DNA of 63,639 nucleotides, counting the filler, from Octopus bimaculoides (lineage: Eukaryota), in the NCBI RefSeq assembly GCF_001194135.2. It is 7 parts of 5 records of this genome, joined end to end, with 100 filler letters (N's around TTAATTAATTAA, not from the genome) between each part and the next. Parts side by side here need not be neighbours in the genome. Positions count along the whole stretch, not along the records: positions 37,617 to 53,764 come from NC_068982.1; positions 53,865 to 55,847 come from NC_068999.1; positions 55,948 to 61,142 come from NC_069006.1; positions 61,243 to 63,639 come from NC_069006.1; 3 more parts are not named here. The stretch is one strand, 5' to 3'. Shown in pieces: positions 49,065 to 62,691 of the stretch. A model generated the notes under the pieces. The model had not been told where the DNA came from and did no database searches. It was given only the letters and a program-made list of their open reading frames with translations. A program made the translations under genes and the position numbers. The stretch's first letter is position 1, and every line of letters starts with the position of its first letter.

Positions 49065-49864
49065 TTGGAGCTCCTTTAGAAACGCACCTCTCCAAGAAAA
49101 TGAAATGCAATTTTAAAAAATTTTATGAAAATGGAAAATACATACAAAATAAATGATGTATGCAAAAAAATTAGAAAGATTCATCCATTTTAAAATAATT
49201 TATACTAAAAATTAAAACAAACGGAAAATGGTCGCTCGCGAATATGAACAAACATGTCGGACGATACAAGGGGTGGTAATTTGCTTTTACCAGTCAGGTA
49301 TTATTAATGATACGAGGGGCCCGACAATATCGTCTGCAAATTCTAGATTGTTTTTAATCAGATTTTTTTTACTGTGCACACTCGTTAGGGATAGGGTTAG
49401 TTTTAGGATTAGTGTTAGTGTTAGGGTTAGGGTTAGTTAATGACCTTTTCTGTTGTTTCCAAATCTCTTCCGAGACGAAATAAGGTCATAGAATTAAAAA
49501 TTCTACGTTCAGGCACAAAATTTGACATAATAGTATGTATTGGTTATAAAATGAATTTCAAGAAACAGACTGTGAAACGGTCTTACAATTCACAGACGAT
49601 ATTGTCGGGCCCCGCGTATCATTAATACTTGACTGGTAAAAGCAAATTTCCGCCCCTTCTATCGTCCGACATGTTTGCTTATATTCGCGAGTGACTGTTT
49701 TCCGTTTGTTTAATATTTTAGTATAAATTATTTAAAAATGGATGAATCTTTCTAATTTTTTTTTGCCTACATCATTTATTTTGTATATATTTTCCATTTT
49801 CATAACTTTTTAAAAAAATTACATTTCATTTTCTTGGAGAAGTGCGTTTCTAAAGGAGCGCCAA
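49065..49864. mobile_element. Fold-back MITE-like element with ~270-bp TIRs and a degenerate (TTAGGG)n core
   Basis: Arms 49065-49335 and 49594-49864; aata flanks on both sides; gttagggttagggttag at 49385-49437. Confidence 0.8.
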
Positions 49865-51558
49865 AATATCCTACAAATAGGTGGATATATGGCTGTGTAG
49901 CTAACGGTCGCTCCACCTCCTGGGGTTAGGTGTTCGCACCCGAACCGAACTGTGTAGCATCTTAGGACAGTGTCTTCTACTATAGCTTCACGCTTAACCA
50001 ATGCCTTGAGAGTGAAATTGGTAGAGTGAAACTGTATGAAAGACGAGCTGCCGTCCTACACACACACACACACATCTATGTATAAATTTATATATTATGC
50101 ATGTGTACATGAATGTGTATATATGCATATCTGTATCTATGTATATGTGTTCTCTTCTATTTTAAAGTTTTTCAAGGATTTCTATAATGAAGGAACTGGT
50201 TTCTAACAAAGGTACAAGGCTCCGTCGTTCGGATGTAGATAACAAAAACAATGTCACATTTTTAACTTGAGTAAAGTCTTGCATATCTTTACTGTTCCGC
50301 TTACAGATTGTATTTGTAATGTGCATGTTAGCTGGTTGCTTTCTTTTTCTGAAAACCCTAGCTTTTCCGGATTTCCCCTTCATCATTCACTCACACACCT
50401 ATGTTCAACCTATTTTGGTTTGGTAAGAGTTTTACATCTAGGTCTTTCTTGAGGTATGTTAATTCAGCTGTTTGTACGGAAAGTCGCCAGGAAGAGAGTA
50501 GTTAGCGACATCTGTGGCGAATATACAATGGAAAAGCATTGAAAGCTATCACGGGCTTTGTAAAACAAGCACATCTTTCTTATTGTGGAGTAACTTTTGG
50601 AGACCATGATAAGTCTTGAGATCTCCATAAGGTATGCAAAGTCTATGAAGAGTCCCTTAGACAATGGACCACTGGTCGAAAGAATAATTAAACTTCAGGT
50701 AGTCTATGGCGTGGCGAGAGTCGTAAAACCACCTCAGTGATTGTTATTTTTGTGTCGTTAATGTGTAAAGCTATAATCGCAACAAAAAAACGAACACGAG
50801 AATATCCTGATTTGGAATCTTCAAAGCAACCTGTACCACATAACAAAGAAATTCTCACACCAATGTTTACCTTTCTGTCTGACCTTTGTCATTTGTTGAA
50901 GAAATGCAGAACTTGGTGTCTGCTTCAGATCGAAGGTAGCAGTGAAAAAGGAATATGCAGTCAAATTTTGACATCAAAGCAGTTCTCTAAAAAAAAAAAA
51001 AAAAAAGAAGTTGATGATCGGATATAAAACCTCAGTCCCTCAAAGTAGTCCACTAAACTTTTAGCATCCAGACTAAAAGAAAAGAACTGCCCACCATCAG
51101 AAGCCAAATCAACAGAGAGAGGAAGCACTTCTTTACTTCAGCAAAGGTCTTTTCAACTGCAGTGGCACCTCTGAACTTTATCTGTAAATGGCACTACCAG
51201 AATATCGACCACAGGATTGGCAGCTTTTATAAACAGCTGGAAATTCGTTCTATTACACAATGGAAACCCCTATTCATCTTTAACAATTACTCATTTACTT
51301 ACACTAAAGAAGAATACAAAAATATTTAAATTGTCCAACAGAAATTCAGTTATCATGAGCATCAGTGGTCTATTTGTGTTGACCTGAAAGATGGGGAGTT
51401 TTTTGCTTGGGCAGCGAAGTGGGGATAAGAAACACCCTTATTTATTGTGCATATTGAGTTGTATGTATCCCCCCTCCCCAATTGACAATGGGTTCAAATA
51501 AAAGATCGTAAGATTTTCTCTTTTTTCTTCTCTTACGTTAGAACCCCTATGCTCTTAC

Positions 51559-51734
51559 ACCATCCAATAAAGAATGGATGGTTTTCTTGGATTCTGTTGA
51601 AATTGAACCGAATTCTATTCTGTTACCCCATTCCAATAATTGGCCATTCATTATCAGGCGCCTTTTTGCTTGTTTCTTTTTAGGGTCGGTTAACCAACCC
51701 CACTCTCCCACAAAATCTAGATCCGCACATTTCA
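51559..51734 (-). CDS. Candidate internal exon KCADLDFVGEWGWLTDPKKKQAKRRLIMNGQLLEWGNRIEFGSISTESKKTIHSLLDG, product unknown
   Basis: tttacctattatcag| acceptor, GGT|gtaaga donor, 176 nt open, no resemblance to TE motifs I recognise; competing plus-strand exon 51542-51744. Confidence 0.35.
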
Positions 51735-51883
51735 CTGATAATAGGTAAACGTATTTATCTATTACTATTCAAGAAATAAACGTGTTTATTTATTGAGATA
51801 AACCTGTTTACTTTGCAAGGTGTCCACCTTATATATATGTGTGTGTGTGTGTGTAGATATATATTATGTATACACACATATGC

Positions 51884-51924
<41 letters not shown>

Positions 51925-52223
51925 AAAATACGAGCATTTAATATCCCTAAATACACAGGATTTATATTAGTTTAAAAGGGAGAAGAAAGCGAAACATCTG
52001 CGTTTCATTTGAAGGAAAACTATATTAAAGAAACTTCTTCCATGAAATATCAACATGCTACCAAGAAAACTGCTGAATAAAAGGGGAAAAAAGCTGTTAT
52101 AACACAATATATCAGAAGTGAAACAGGATTTAGCGTATAAAGTGTGAAAAAAGTGTAGTGAAAGCTATGAACGTAGATAGGAGAAAGAGAAAGAGATAGA
52201 TAGATAGATAAATAGATAGATAA

Positions 52224-52272
<49 letters not shown>

Positions 52273-52771
52273 GAAAGAGAGAGAAAGAGAGAAAGAGAAC
52301 AATCTTTAAAGAGGTTGAAATAGATAGGGAAATATATATTTAAGAATAAAATAAAATAACTTATAAAATGGTGGCAGCTAAATGTCAGAAATCCAGCTGC
52401 AGGAAAAGGAGATATTGAAAAGAAGGTTCCGGCCTTAGGAAAAAAGATAAGCAAAGTTTAAAGAAAATATGGTTTTGAGAGATTTATGGGAGATAGCTTG
52501 AGTGTTGTGATGTATTAAAAGTGGATGGCTAGCTGCAGACTGCGAAGTGTTAACAGTTAAGGAATTAGAAGTGATTAAGAAATGATTTGATAAATTAAGA
52601 TATAGGAAATAGTGTTAGAAAAAATATATAAATAAATTTTCTGAATAGATACAGGAAGCAGTGAGAGAGAGAGAGGGAGAGAGAGAGGGAGAGAGAGAGT
52701 CATACATCTACTCGCGAAGTTGTACTGACCGGGCGGTCAATATGGGGTGTCAGTCACTGATATTAGCTTCA

Positions 52772-53125
52772 AATCTTGGCACAAGACTAGTAATTTTTGG
52801 GGAGGGGGGTTAAGTCGATTACATCGACCCCAGTGTTCAACTGGTACTTATTTTATCGACTGGATCTAGCAGGCGTAGAATTAAACTGGCATTCAGTCGG
52901 TCACGACGACCAGTGCTCCAGTAGATCCCGTCAACGAAACAGACTGCTCGTGAAATTAATGTGCAAGTGGCTGAGTATTCCACAGACATGCGATGCGTAC
53001 TCTTAATGTAGTTCTCGGGGAGTTTCAGCGTGAAGCAGAATGTGACAAGGCTGGCCCTTTGAATTGCAAGTAGAACTCATTTTTGCCAGTTGAGAGGACT
53101 GGAGAAAAGTGTCTTGCTCAAGGAT
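52772..53125 (-). mobile_element. Chimeric decayed SINE fragments (family A tail abutting family C 3' part)
   Basis: aagtcgattacatcgacccc..ctggtacttattttatcgac followed by caagtggctgagtattccacagacatg..gtagttctcgggg. Confidence 0.7.
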
Positions 53126-53186
53126 ACAACTTTCGTAAGCTGAATATCCAAACCGTTAATCCGTAAACCATTATTATATTAATATC

Positions 53187-53566
53187 GTGGCACTCCGTCG
53201 GTTGCGACGGTGAATGTTCCAGTTGATCCGATCAACGGAACAGCCTGCTCGTGAAATTAGCGTGCAAGTGGCTGAGCACTCCACAGACACGTGTACCCTT
53301 AACGTAGTTCTCGGGGAGATTCAGCGTGACACAGAGTGTGACAAGGCTGGCCCCTTTGAAATACAGGTGCAACAGAAACAGGAAGAAAGAACGAGAGGAA
53401 GTTGTGGTGAAAGAGTACAGCAGGGTTCACCCCCCGCTGCCGGAGCCTCGTGAAGATTTAGGTGTTTTCGCTCAATAAACACTCACAACGCCCGATCTGA
53501 GAATCGAAACTGCGATCCTACGACCGCGAATCCGCTGCCCTAACCACTGGGCCATTGTGCCTCCAC
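53187..53566 (-). mobile_element. Full-length SINE family C with TSD-like flanks
   Basis: Inverted homologue of 43697-44080; tatattaatat (53175-53185) / tatattgatat (53567-53577). Confidence 0.9.
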
Positions 53567-53864
53567 TATATTGATATAACTCAATGCATAATACATATTT
53601 AAATCTAGAAAAATAATGAAGAATTCGTTACTCAAAATGAATATAAAGTGTACTGTACCATGAAGGCCAGTAAAATGGTTTTAGAGCCAATACCGAATTA
53701 GAGATTGGAATTCTCGCCTGGCTTTTGCGATAAGAAAACTATGGCACCAAGACATTGCCAGAGANNNNNNNNNNNNNNNNNNNNNNNNNNNNNNNNNNNN
53801 NNNNNNNNTTAATTAATTAANNNNNNNNNNNNNNNNNNNNNNNNNNNNNNNNNNNNNNNNNNNN

Positions 53865-53905
<41 letters not shown>

Positions 53906-54559
53906 GGAAATATAAATAGATAAATAGATATACATAGATAAATAAACACAATTTTACTTCAATATAATCAAAACTTAATTGTTGTTTCAGCAAGGTGTTT
54001 CTATTTTGTTTTTAAAACAATGTTCAGTTTCCGCCGTAAAATACTAACATGTTTTCAACGTTCGTATTTACTTAAATATTAACATCAAGCATTAAGACCG
54101 ATATTAGATACAATTCATATTCCTACTCAGGAGCAATTCGACCATAACATGATAGGAAGAACATTTATGAATAATAAATCCATACATATTAAATAGATAT
54201 TTTCCGATATGCGTTGCTTCCTTTACCTATTTTCTTTTCGAGAATATAAATGACGCATTAATAATTTTTTTCGAAAGTTATACAGGTGAAATCCATTGCT
54301 TTAACCGCAGATCATAATACTGTTTTGCAAACAATTCGTTTGCTATTTTACCTAAGTTTTTCGCATATGGACAATTGTAGTTGAAAATACTATGTCATAC
54401 CTTCCCAATGCTTTATTTCCGTATATAATATGACTGATTAGAACCCAAACTAGTGAATGCAATTTCAGTCAGTTTTGATGATCAACGATGACATGGACAC
54501 CGCACAAATTATATTGTTATACTTTTAAGGCACATTAATGCAAACCCTTTGAATAAAGA

Positions 54560-54700
54560 AAAATAACAAAGTACCAGAACCTAACCATTGAGTTACAGAT
54601 GTCATTGTAGGTCACATGTCTCCCTGTAGTTATAGGTCCATTAGAAACTATCCCTAAAGATCTGAGCAGATGAACAGAGGGAAAAAGCATAAAATCTAGT
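54560..54700 (+). mobile_element. Decayed RLE-type LINE C-terminal fragment
   Basis: KYQNLTIEL and VVIGPLETIPKDL resemble KYKDLEIE and VVIGALGTIPK. Confidence 0.4.
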
Positions 54701-55186
54701 CAAGTGCAGCTTCAGAATATAGTTTTATTAAGGACAGCTAGGATACTTCAGAAAGTTCTTGGCTCCTAAAGATACTTATTGTAGCCCGATGTCAAGTATG
54801 TTTCTTGTCTAACAGTTTAATTTGTTGTACGTATACGAAATAATAGCCATAATAAATCTAGAAAATTAGAGCCTCATTTGGTTAAGTGTACAGTGGACAC
54901 TATCGACACCAGTTTTAAGTTGGTGCTTCAATATTGATTCACAGAAGAGTAGCAAGCAAAAGCGACACTTGTAGACTTTACATTCGTATATTTCACTTTA
55001 GGTCATCAAACCATAACATTTTATTCAATACGTCAATTTAGAAACACGTTTAATTTGTCTTTTTGATTATCATTGTCAATGTGTGTATATTTATACATGC
55101 ATGTGCATACATACGGACACACACATAGAAACACAGACATTCACACACAGACATACATACATATATATTCATTATGCGCTTGATAG

Positions 55187-55288
<102 letters not shown>

Positions 55289-55797
55289 AGTGTGGGTGTG
55301 TACAAATGCGAGGAATGCTGTCTATAAGTTATCCAAAGTAAAATGTCCTAATTCAACGTTTTAAATATTACCATTGATAAATTATATTGAGATCGATACA
55401 CATGTTAATAACATAACAAAATATGATGGCATTTCGTGTTAAAAAAGATATACCTATAGATATATCCATTCTCAAATCGCTTAACAATGTACTTCAGTGG
55501 TTGCTTTATAATATATCGTCTGACCTTTCCATGAACAAAGATTAAAAGTCAAACTTAAAGAATCGTGGGATATATATGACCATATCTCTCTGATCACTTG
55601 CATACATATATTTCAATTATTGTTTATTTTTTCTATGAGATCTATTTCAATAGTTACTTAATTCAGTACTGCCTATTTGTCAAATGCCTATGTTGGTTTT
55701 GTCAATAAATCAGACGTTCTGTACAACGTATTCAATATTTACTTTTTACATAGTTGTAGATGCTGTGTCTGTTTCACATACATATATGTGTATGTAT

Positions 55798-55847
<50 letters not shown>

Positions 55848-55946
55848 NNNNNNNNNNNNNNNNNNNNNNNNNNNNNNNNNNNNNNNNNNNNTTAATTAAT
55901 TAANNNNNNNNNNNNNNNNNNNNNNNNNNNNNNNNNNNNNNNNNNN

Positions 55947-56215
55947 NTGTACCCTTAACGTAGTTCTCGGGGATATTCAGCGTGACAGTGTGACAAGGCT
56001 GACCCTTTGAATTACAGGTACAACAGAAACGGGAAGTAAGAGTGAAAATTGTGGTGGAAGAGTACAGCAGGGTTCGCCACCATCCCCTGCCGGAGCCTCG
56101 TGGAGCTTTTAGGTGTTTTCGCTCAATAAACACTGACAACGCCCGGTCTGGGAATCGAAACCGCGATCTTATGACTACGAGTCCGCTGTCCTAACCACTG
56201 GGCCATTGCGCCTTC
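55947..56215 (-). mobile_element. SINE family C (5' two-thirds)
   Basis: Matches 53290-53566. Confidence 0.88.
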
Positions 56216-56218
56216 ACA

Positions 56219-56249
<31 letters not shown>

Positions 56250-56494
56250 GCATATATACATACATACATACACACAGACGTAAACGCAAATATTCATACA
56301 TGTATAGCTGTGATAATTTCATGCTATTCCACCAACGAGAGAAAAGCCTTCATTTCTTCTGCAGCGTCTCCTCTTCCAAATACTTCATTAACAACTTAAC
56401 TCTGAAAGTCTTTTTCTTTTTGTAGAATTTTCAGTGGTTTCGAACCCGACTCCTCGCTTCATTACACATCAACTGAATTTATTAATAATTCTTT

Positions 56495-56645
56495 CAAGCT
56501 TTGGCCCAAGGCTAGCAATTGGGAAGGGTGGGTCGATTACATCGACTCTCCCAGTACTCCGCTGGTACTCTACTTTATCAACCCTGAAGGGGGGAAAAGC
56601 AAAGTCGATTTCGGTGTTATTTGAACTCAGAACATAAAGAGCTAG
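56495..56645 (-). mobile_element. Decayed family A SINE
   Basis: gtcgattacatcgac..ctggtact..aaagcaaagtcgat..tttgaactcagaac. Confidence 0.7.
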
Positions 56646-56880
56646 AAGTATGTTATCCTGCACCCAAACGATCCTACCCGTCCGTCTCTTTCACTAATAT
56701 TTGTAGTCATTTGTTTGGGAATATAAACAAGATCCAGTGTGCTACCGACAGCCCCAGGACTTCACATGCCTTTCAGTATTGACTGTCTTAAGGGAGCAGA
56801 AAGTTACATTACAAGGAACTAAGGATTTTTATTTGAGACACTCCACAGTCGAAATTTCTCCAGAAAATTACGAAATTATA

Positions 56881-57100
56881 TTACTCTTTTACTTTTTTAC
56901 TTGTTTCAGTCATTTGACTGTGGCCATGCTGGAGCACCGCCTTTAGTCGAGTAAATCGACCCCAGGACTTATTCTTTGGATGCCTAGTACTTATTCTATC
57001 GGTCTCTTTTTACCGAACCGCTATGTTACGGGGACGTAAACACACCACCATCGGTTGTCAAGCGATGTTGGGGGGACAAACACAGACACACATACACACA

Positions 57101-57154
<54 letters not shown>

Positions 57155-57304
57155 TACGACGGGCTTCTTTCAGTTTCCGTCTACCAAATCCACTCACAAG
57201 GCTTTGGTCGGCCTGAGTAGAAGACACTTGCCCAAGGTGCCACGCAGTGGGACTGAACCCGGAACCATGTGGTTGGTAAGCAAGCTACTTACCACACAGC
57301 CACT
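56881..57304 (-). mobile_element. Full-length SINE family B
   Basis: Inverted homologue of 32006-32460 with (TA)n internal tract. Confidence 0.9.
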
Positions 57305-57589
57305 CGTCACTTTGCTGAAAAAAGATTTTATTTCGTCAACAACTGAAGACGTAACACATTTTGTTGTCCATACTGTCTCTGGTTGCGCTGTCTTAGTCAC
57401 AAACGAAGCCGTTAACAGAGATGATAGGACTCAGGCTTTTTTTTTTTCTGAAGATTAGTTGTGGCAACATTATAAAACAAACACGAAAGGTATGGTATAA
57501 ACACAGAAGTGTTAGAGAATGACAAAGTGACAAATCGGGAATAAAACATTCCATACAGACAGAGGGATCGAGAATTATTTGTTTAGATA

Positions 57590-57810
57590 TTGCTATCATG
57601 CACCACCGAAGAAAGAAATGCCCCCTAATCGAAGTGCTGATAATTTATCTCCAATCGATTATTGATCTTGAAATGAAATGGAAGAACAACACAGATATGA
57701 AGTTCTACAAGTCGCCAGAACTTGAAAGCGAGACGTGAAAGCAGAAATAATCTCCATGAAAATAGGCGCCTTGAGAGGTATTGAACAGCTAAAAATTAAA
57801 AAAAAGCAAC
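57590..57810 (+). mobile_element. Decayed RLE-type LINE C-terminal fragment
   Basis: HHRRKKCPLIEV and AEIISMKIGALRGI resemble the end of the RLE domain. Confidence 0.4.
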
Positions 57811-58290
57811 AACATGCAGGCGACGATTATATTATAAAAATCGTGGGACTTAAATAATAGAGATAAAGTAGCGTTGATAGGTAGTTTATAAGGTAGAATA
57901 GTGTGAACACAATAGAAAATATTCTAAACTGTTACAAAAAACATTACATAAACCTAAAGTTGACATGGTTACATTCGCTAGTGAAATGAGAACACGAAAT
58001 AAAACCACTGAATAATAGTAATAATGCTAATGCTAATAATAATAATAAAAATAGCTATATAGTGTTTCTTTTTTCTTTCTATAAACTATATACCATCCCC
58101 TCAGCACGACAGTAAAACTTACGCAACTCATTTTCTACCCCATTGCCACCCGATAATGCAAACAGAAACCACACAAGACGTACACTGCTCAGTCACCACC
58201 CGAGCAACAGCAACACAAATAACTAAACAAAACTATTCGCACATATTTAGCAACGCTATACATTGAATAACTTGATTGTGATCGTCGCAT

Positions 58291-58321
<31 letters not shown>

Positions 58322-58577
58322 TATTATTATTATTGTTGTTGTTGTTTAGTTGAGTCTCCGAAATTCTGCAGAGATACAAAAGGAAGGTTCGGTAATGAAG
58401 GCATTAATTAGCAATAATATAACCTGCAATAATGAAAAAATAATGCAACGGTCTTCATTTTCAATTAATATTTAATCTTCTGCTAATAACGAAGTATAAG
58501 ACAAGTCATTTAGGTTGAAACAGTCTTTCTACATATTTGGTATCATGGCAACGCCGGGTAACTCTATTGATCATATT

Positions 58578-58912
58578 CCTTTATTCTTTTACCTGTTTCA
58601 GTCATTTTGACTGGCCATGCTGGAGCACAGACTTTTAGTCGAAGAAATCGACCCCTGCACTTATTCTTTGTAAGCCTAGTAATTATTCTATCGGTGAACC
58701 GCAAAAGAATTTAAGGGGACGTAAACACACCAACATTGGTTGTCAAGCGATGGTGGAGGCAAACAGACACAAACACCCAAATACATATATATATATATAT
58801 AAACGACAGGCTTCTTTCAGTTTCAGTCTACCAAATCCACTTACAAGGATTTGGACGGCCCGAGGCTATAGTAGAAGACACTTCCCAAGGATCCACGAAG
58901 TGGGACTGAATC
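58578..58912 (-). mobile_element. SINE family B (5' end lost in TA repeat/gap)
   Basis: tttcagtcattttgactggccatgctggagc..gtaaacacaccaac..agaagacacttcccaagg. Confidence 0.85.
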
Positions 58913-58914
58913 CC

Positions 58915-58950
<36 letters not shown>

Positions 58951-59544
58951 GTATATATATNNNNNNNNNNNNNNNNNNNNNNNNNNNNNNNNNNNNNNNN
59001 NNNNNNNNNNNNNNNNNNNNNNNNNNNNNNNNNNNNNNNNNNNNNNNNNNNNNNNNNNNNAGAGCATTAGATTCCCTGGAAGAAAGCAGCGAATGTATAC
59101 AAAAACAAGGCTGAGCATAGTAAAAAGTAAAAGAGTAAAAAGAGAGTTTTTGACGTTTCGAGGATAGTCCTTCGCCGGAAAGGAGAAAGGGAAAAGTCCA
59201 GATAAAGAAAAGAAACCACCAACAGTACGCGTGTAGTTTCATTGCCATATATGTCGGCCAGACTGTGATTCGTCACATTGCTGTAGCTTTCGAATGAGGC
59301 CAGGGTCTCCGTCGGTGACTGAAAACCATGCATCTACACATACGTGAAGAGGCGTGGGGCAAGATTTTCTTTTTTTAAGGAAGTTGTCAGCTGATCCAAA
59401 CAAGCCAGTCTATCCCATCCCCCTCCCACCACCACCAATGTTTGTCTAAGGCTCAGGCCACTGTCATTGACCAAAACTTTTCGGTACCAGTGACGTCACT
59501 GTCAAAATTCAAAGAGGCACATCAAATATCACAAGGCACCTTAC

Positions 59545-59710
59545 TCTCTAACAGTCCCGTCAACCTCCTCTTCTCCCGGATCGGTACCTTTTTTATCGGC
59601 CCCAAAAGGGTGGAAAAGGAATGTAGTTGAACCTCGGCGGATTTGAACTTAGAACACCAACAGTTCCAACAAATACCACGATCGATTCTGTTCAACGCTC
59701 TGATGACTCC
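59545..59710 (-). mobile_element. Decayed family A SINE
   Basis: ggtacctttttt atcggccccaaaagggtggaaagg..acctcggcggatttgaacttagaac. Confidence 0.6.
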
Positions 59711-60041
59711 GCTAATGGGCCGCCTTTTTAAAAAGAAATACACTTCGGTTAATCATGGTTGGACGCTCAGGATCATAGGTGTACCTGATCTAGACTGTCC
59801 TGGTGTTAAACAACAGCACTAATATATTTAAACGTATATGAATACATACAAATATATATGAATGTGTGCGTGTATATACACACTAGTGCTAATACACTCC
59901 AGCTAACAAGGTGACAACCATCACCACCGCCACCAAAACCATTATGCCGACCACCACCACCATTAATATCACAATCACATCATCATCATCATCATAAACC
60001 AAGTTGATCACAGCCAGCAACTCATATATATGTGTGTGTTT

Positions 60042-60173
<132 letters not shown>

Positions 60174-60657
60174 CACGAAATATGTACACACGTATGTACA
60201 TATGCATATACTACATGTACACAAATCCCTGCTATACACATACACACACATATGCATTAATCTATACACTGACACACACACACAAAGATCAAAGAGACCG
60301 CCTCAGACCAGGTAGGCGCCAGATTTCATCACAACACTTTCATGAAGCTGTGGACTTCATAATCGTTTCCTTTTTCATCTTTTTCTTTGTTGTTGCTGCT
60401 GTTGTTGTTGTTTTTGTTGATGTTGGTGTTGTTGTTGATATTGTTTTGGTGGTAGTGGCGGTGGTGGTGGTGATATTGTATGTGTGAGCTTCGGGGGAGG
60501 TTGTGATCAACTCGGCTGGTTGTGTTGAACATGATGATGATGTGATTGTGGGGGTTGTAGAGAGTGAGATAAGGGTCCTGGCGGCGGCGGCGGCAGTGGT
60601 GATGATGATGGTAGTAGGTGTGGTATGACCTTGTTAGTTGGAGTATAGTAGTAACAA

Positions 60658-60721
<64 letters not shown>

Positions 60722-60876
60722 GGTGGTAGTGGTATGTATTGACCAGGTAGTTGTGTGCTTGTGTCTTGGTTAATATTTGGGCCAGGATTGTGTGTGTGTG
60801 TTTATGGAGGTGTATATATACGCATATATATATATATATACATTCACGTATATTTGTGTGTAGATGTATGTGTGTG

Positions 60877-60931
<55 letters not shown>

Positions 60932-61370
60932 GCGTGTATATCATTTATGATTTTGTTTAGTTCCCCCTACCCCACTGACTGACCACACCTACGGTCGAAG
61001 ATATTCCAGCAGTTTCAATCTGCATCCATTCAGCATTTTAAGAATATAGGATGTGATTTGAGGGAGATTTTGACTGCTATTACTAACAGGATGTGGAAGA
61101 ACCTTCAGTGGCTCCTTTTGTGGTATTGCTTGTGCACGTGTTNNNNNNNNNNNNNNNNNNNNNNNNNNNNNNNNNNNNNNNNNNNNTTAATTAATTAANN
61201 NNNNNNNNNNNNNNNNNNNNNNNNNNNNNNNNNNNNNNNNNNCACACACACACACTTTATCAACACATTATCAACCGGTGTTGCCCAAGCGAAACTACTT
61301 GACTTTGGTGATCATGAATCTCTTTTTGTCCACCCTTTTTTTAACTGCAGTGTAAGTTATGATGATGAAC

Positions 61371-61409
<39 letters not shown>

Positions 61410-61726
61410 ATTGACTCAACCCATGCGGCTGCTGTTGGTGCGGAAACCGAATATTTCACAGTCCTCAATTCCCTGCTTCTCTTACACCCATCCGTGACCA
61501 TCACTTAGCTATTTCCATATACTTTGATCAGGCCTTGTAGGCTCTTGAGGATATCAATGCATTGGTACCTATAGTTTTTATTTATTTATAGGAAGTTATA
61601 TATAGATTAGAATTGGGCCCCTAGGCCAGTGCAGCCCCTGTCAAGTGCCCAGTGAGGCCCCCGGGCAAGTCCCCAGTGTGTAAGACGACACTGCCATTGA
61701 TATATTTCTCGCCTACAAATCTAACC

Positions 61727-61769
<43 letters not shown>

Positions 61770-61779
61770 GGAAGAAAGT

Positions 61780-62610
61780 CCGTACTAAAACAGCCATACT
61801 GTCTTCCTTCAGGGGAACCGCTCACGGCGTCCAACAATATCAGAGATNNNNNNNNNNNNNNNNNNNNNNNNNNNNNNNNNNNNNNNNNNNNNNNNNNNNN
61901 NNNNNNNNNNNNNNNNNNNNNNNNNNNNNNNNNNNNNNNNNNNNNNNNNNNNNNNNNNNNNNNNNNNNNNNNNNNNNNNNNNNNNNNNNNNNNNNNNNNN
62001 NNNNNNNNNNNNNNNNNNNNNNNNNNNNNNNNNNNNNNNNNNNNNNNNNNNNNNNNNNNNNNNNNNNNNNNNNNNNNNNNNNNNNNNNNNNNNNNNNNNN
62101 NNNNNNNNNNNNNNNNNNNNNNNNNNNNNNNNNNNNNNNNNNNNNNGCCTTAAAGCCTTGAAGCTCTACTCTCTCCAGCGCCGCCGCGAGCGGTACATCA
62201 TTTGTACGATGTGGAAAATATACCGCCAGCATTGCCCAAACGACCTGAACATTAGTTTCAAGGTTCATCCAAGGCTGGGACCACGAGCCATACGTCCCCT
62301 GCCCAATTCAGAATCACAACGTATAGGTACACTGCGGCATCATTTCTTTTCCTCAACAGGCCCTGCCCTGTTTAACATTGTCCCGAAACAGATAAAAGAG
62401 GAAACAGATCCTATCAGCTTTAAACGGAGTCTAGACAGCTTTCTTCAAAGAGTACCAGACACGCCACCCATACCTGGATACAACTCACTACTTGAATGGA
62501 CCATAGACCAAACTTGACTGTAAAAAGGACTTAGATAATCCTATCAGGTGGTGCTATTAAGTTAGACATGGCCTGGACCAATCTTTGGTCGAAACATATC
62601 TAAGTTTATC
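61780..62610 (+). mobile_element. CR1-like LINE 3' end (spans gap)
   Basis: LKPMKLYSLQRRRERYII, FSSTGPALFNIVP, FKRSLDSFLQRVPDTPPIPGYNSL; 3' stem-loop gaccaa/ttggtc and (ctaagt) tail. Confidence 0.85.
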
Positions 62611-62618
62611 TAAGTCTA

Positions 62619-62691
<73 letters not shown>

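Noticed and set aside
50655-50700. cccttagacaatggaccactggtcgaaa, HHR-like
   Set aside because: Core too degenerate and no stem III/UH pairing; similar weak look-alikes at 23686, 30270, 46494 and 63620 were also dropped
62570-62600. gacc-aatcttt-ggtc-GAAAC motif resembling half a hammerhead
   Set aside because: No CUGANGA core or stem I; better explained as the CR1 3' stem-loop
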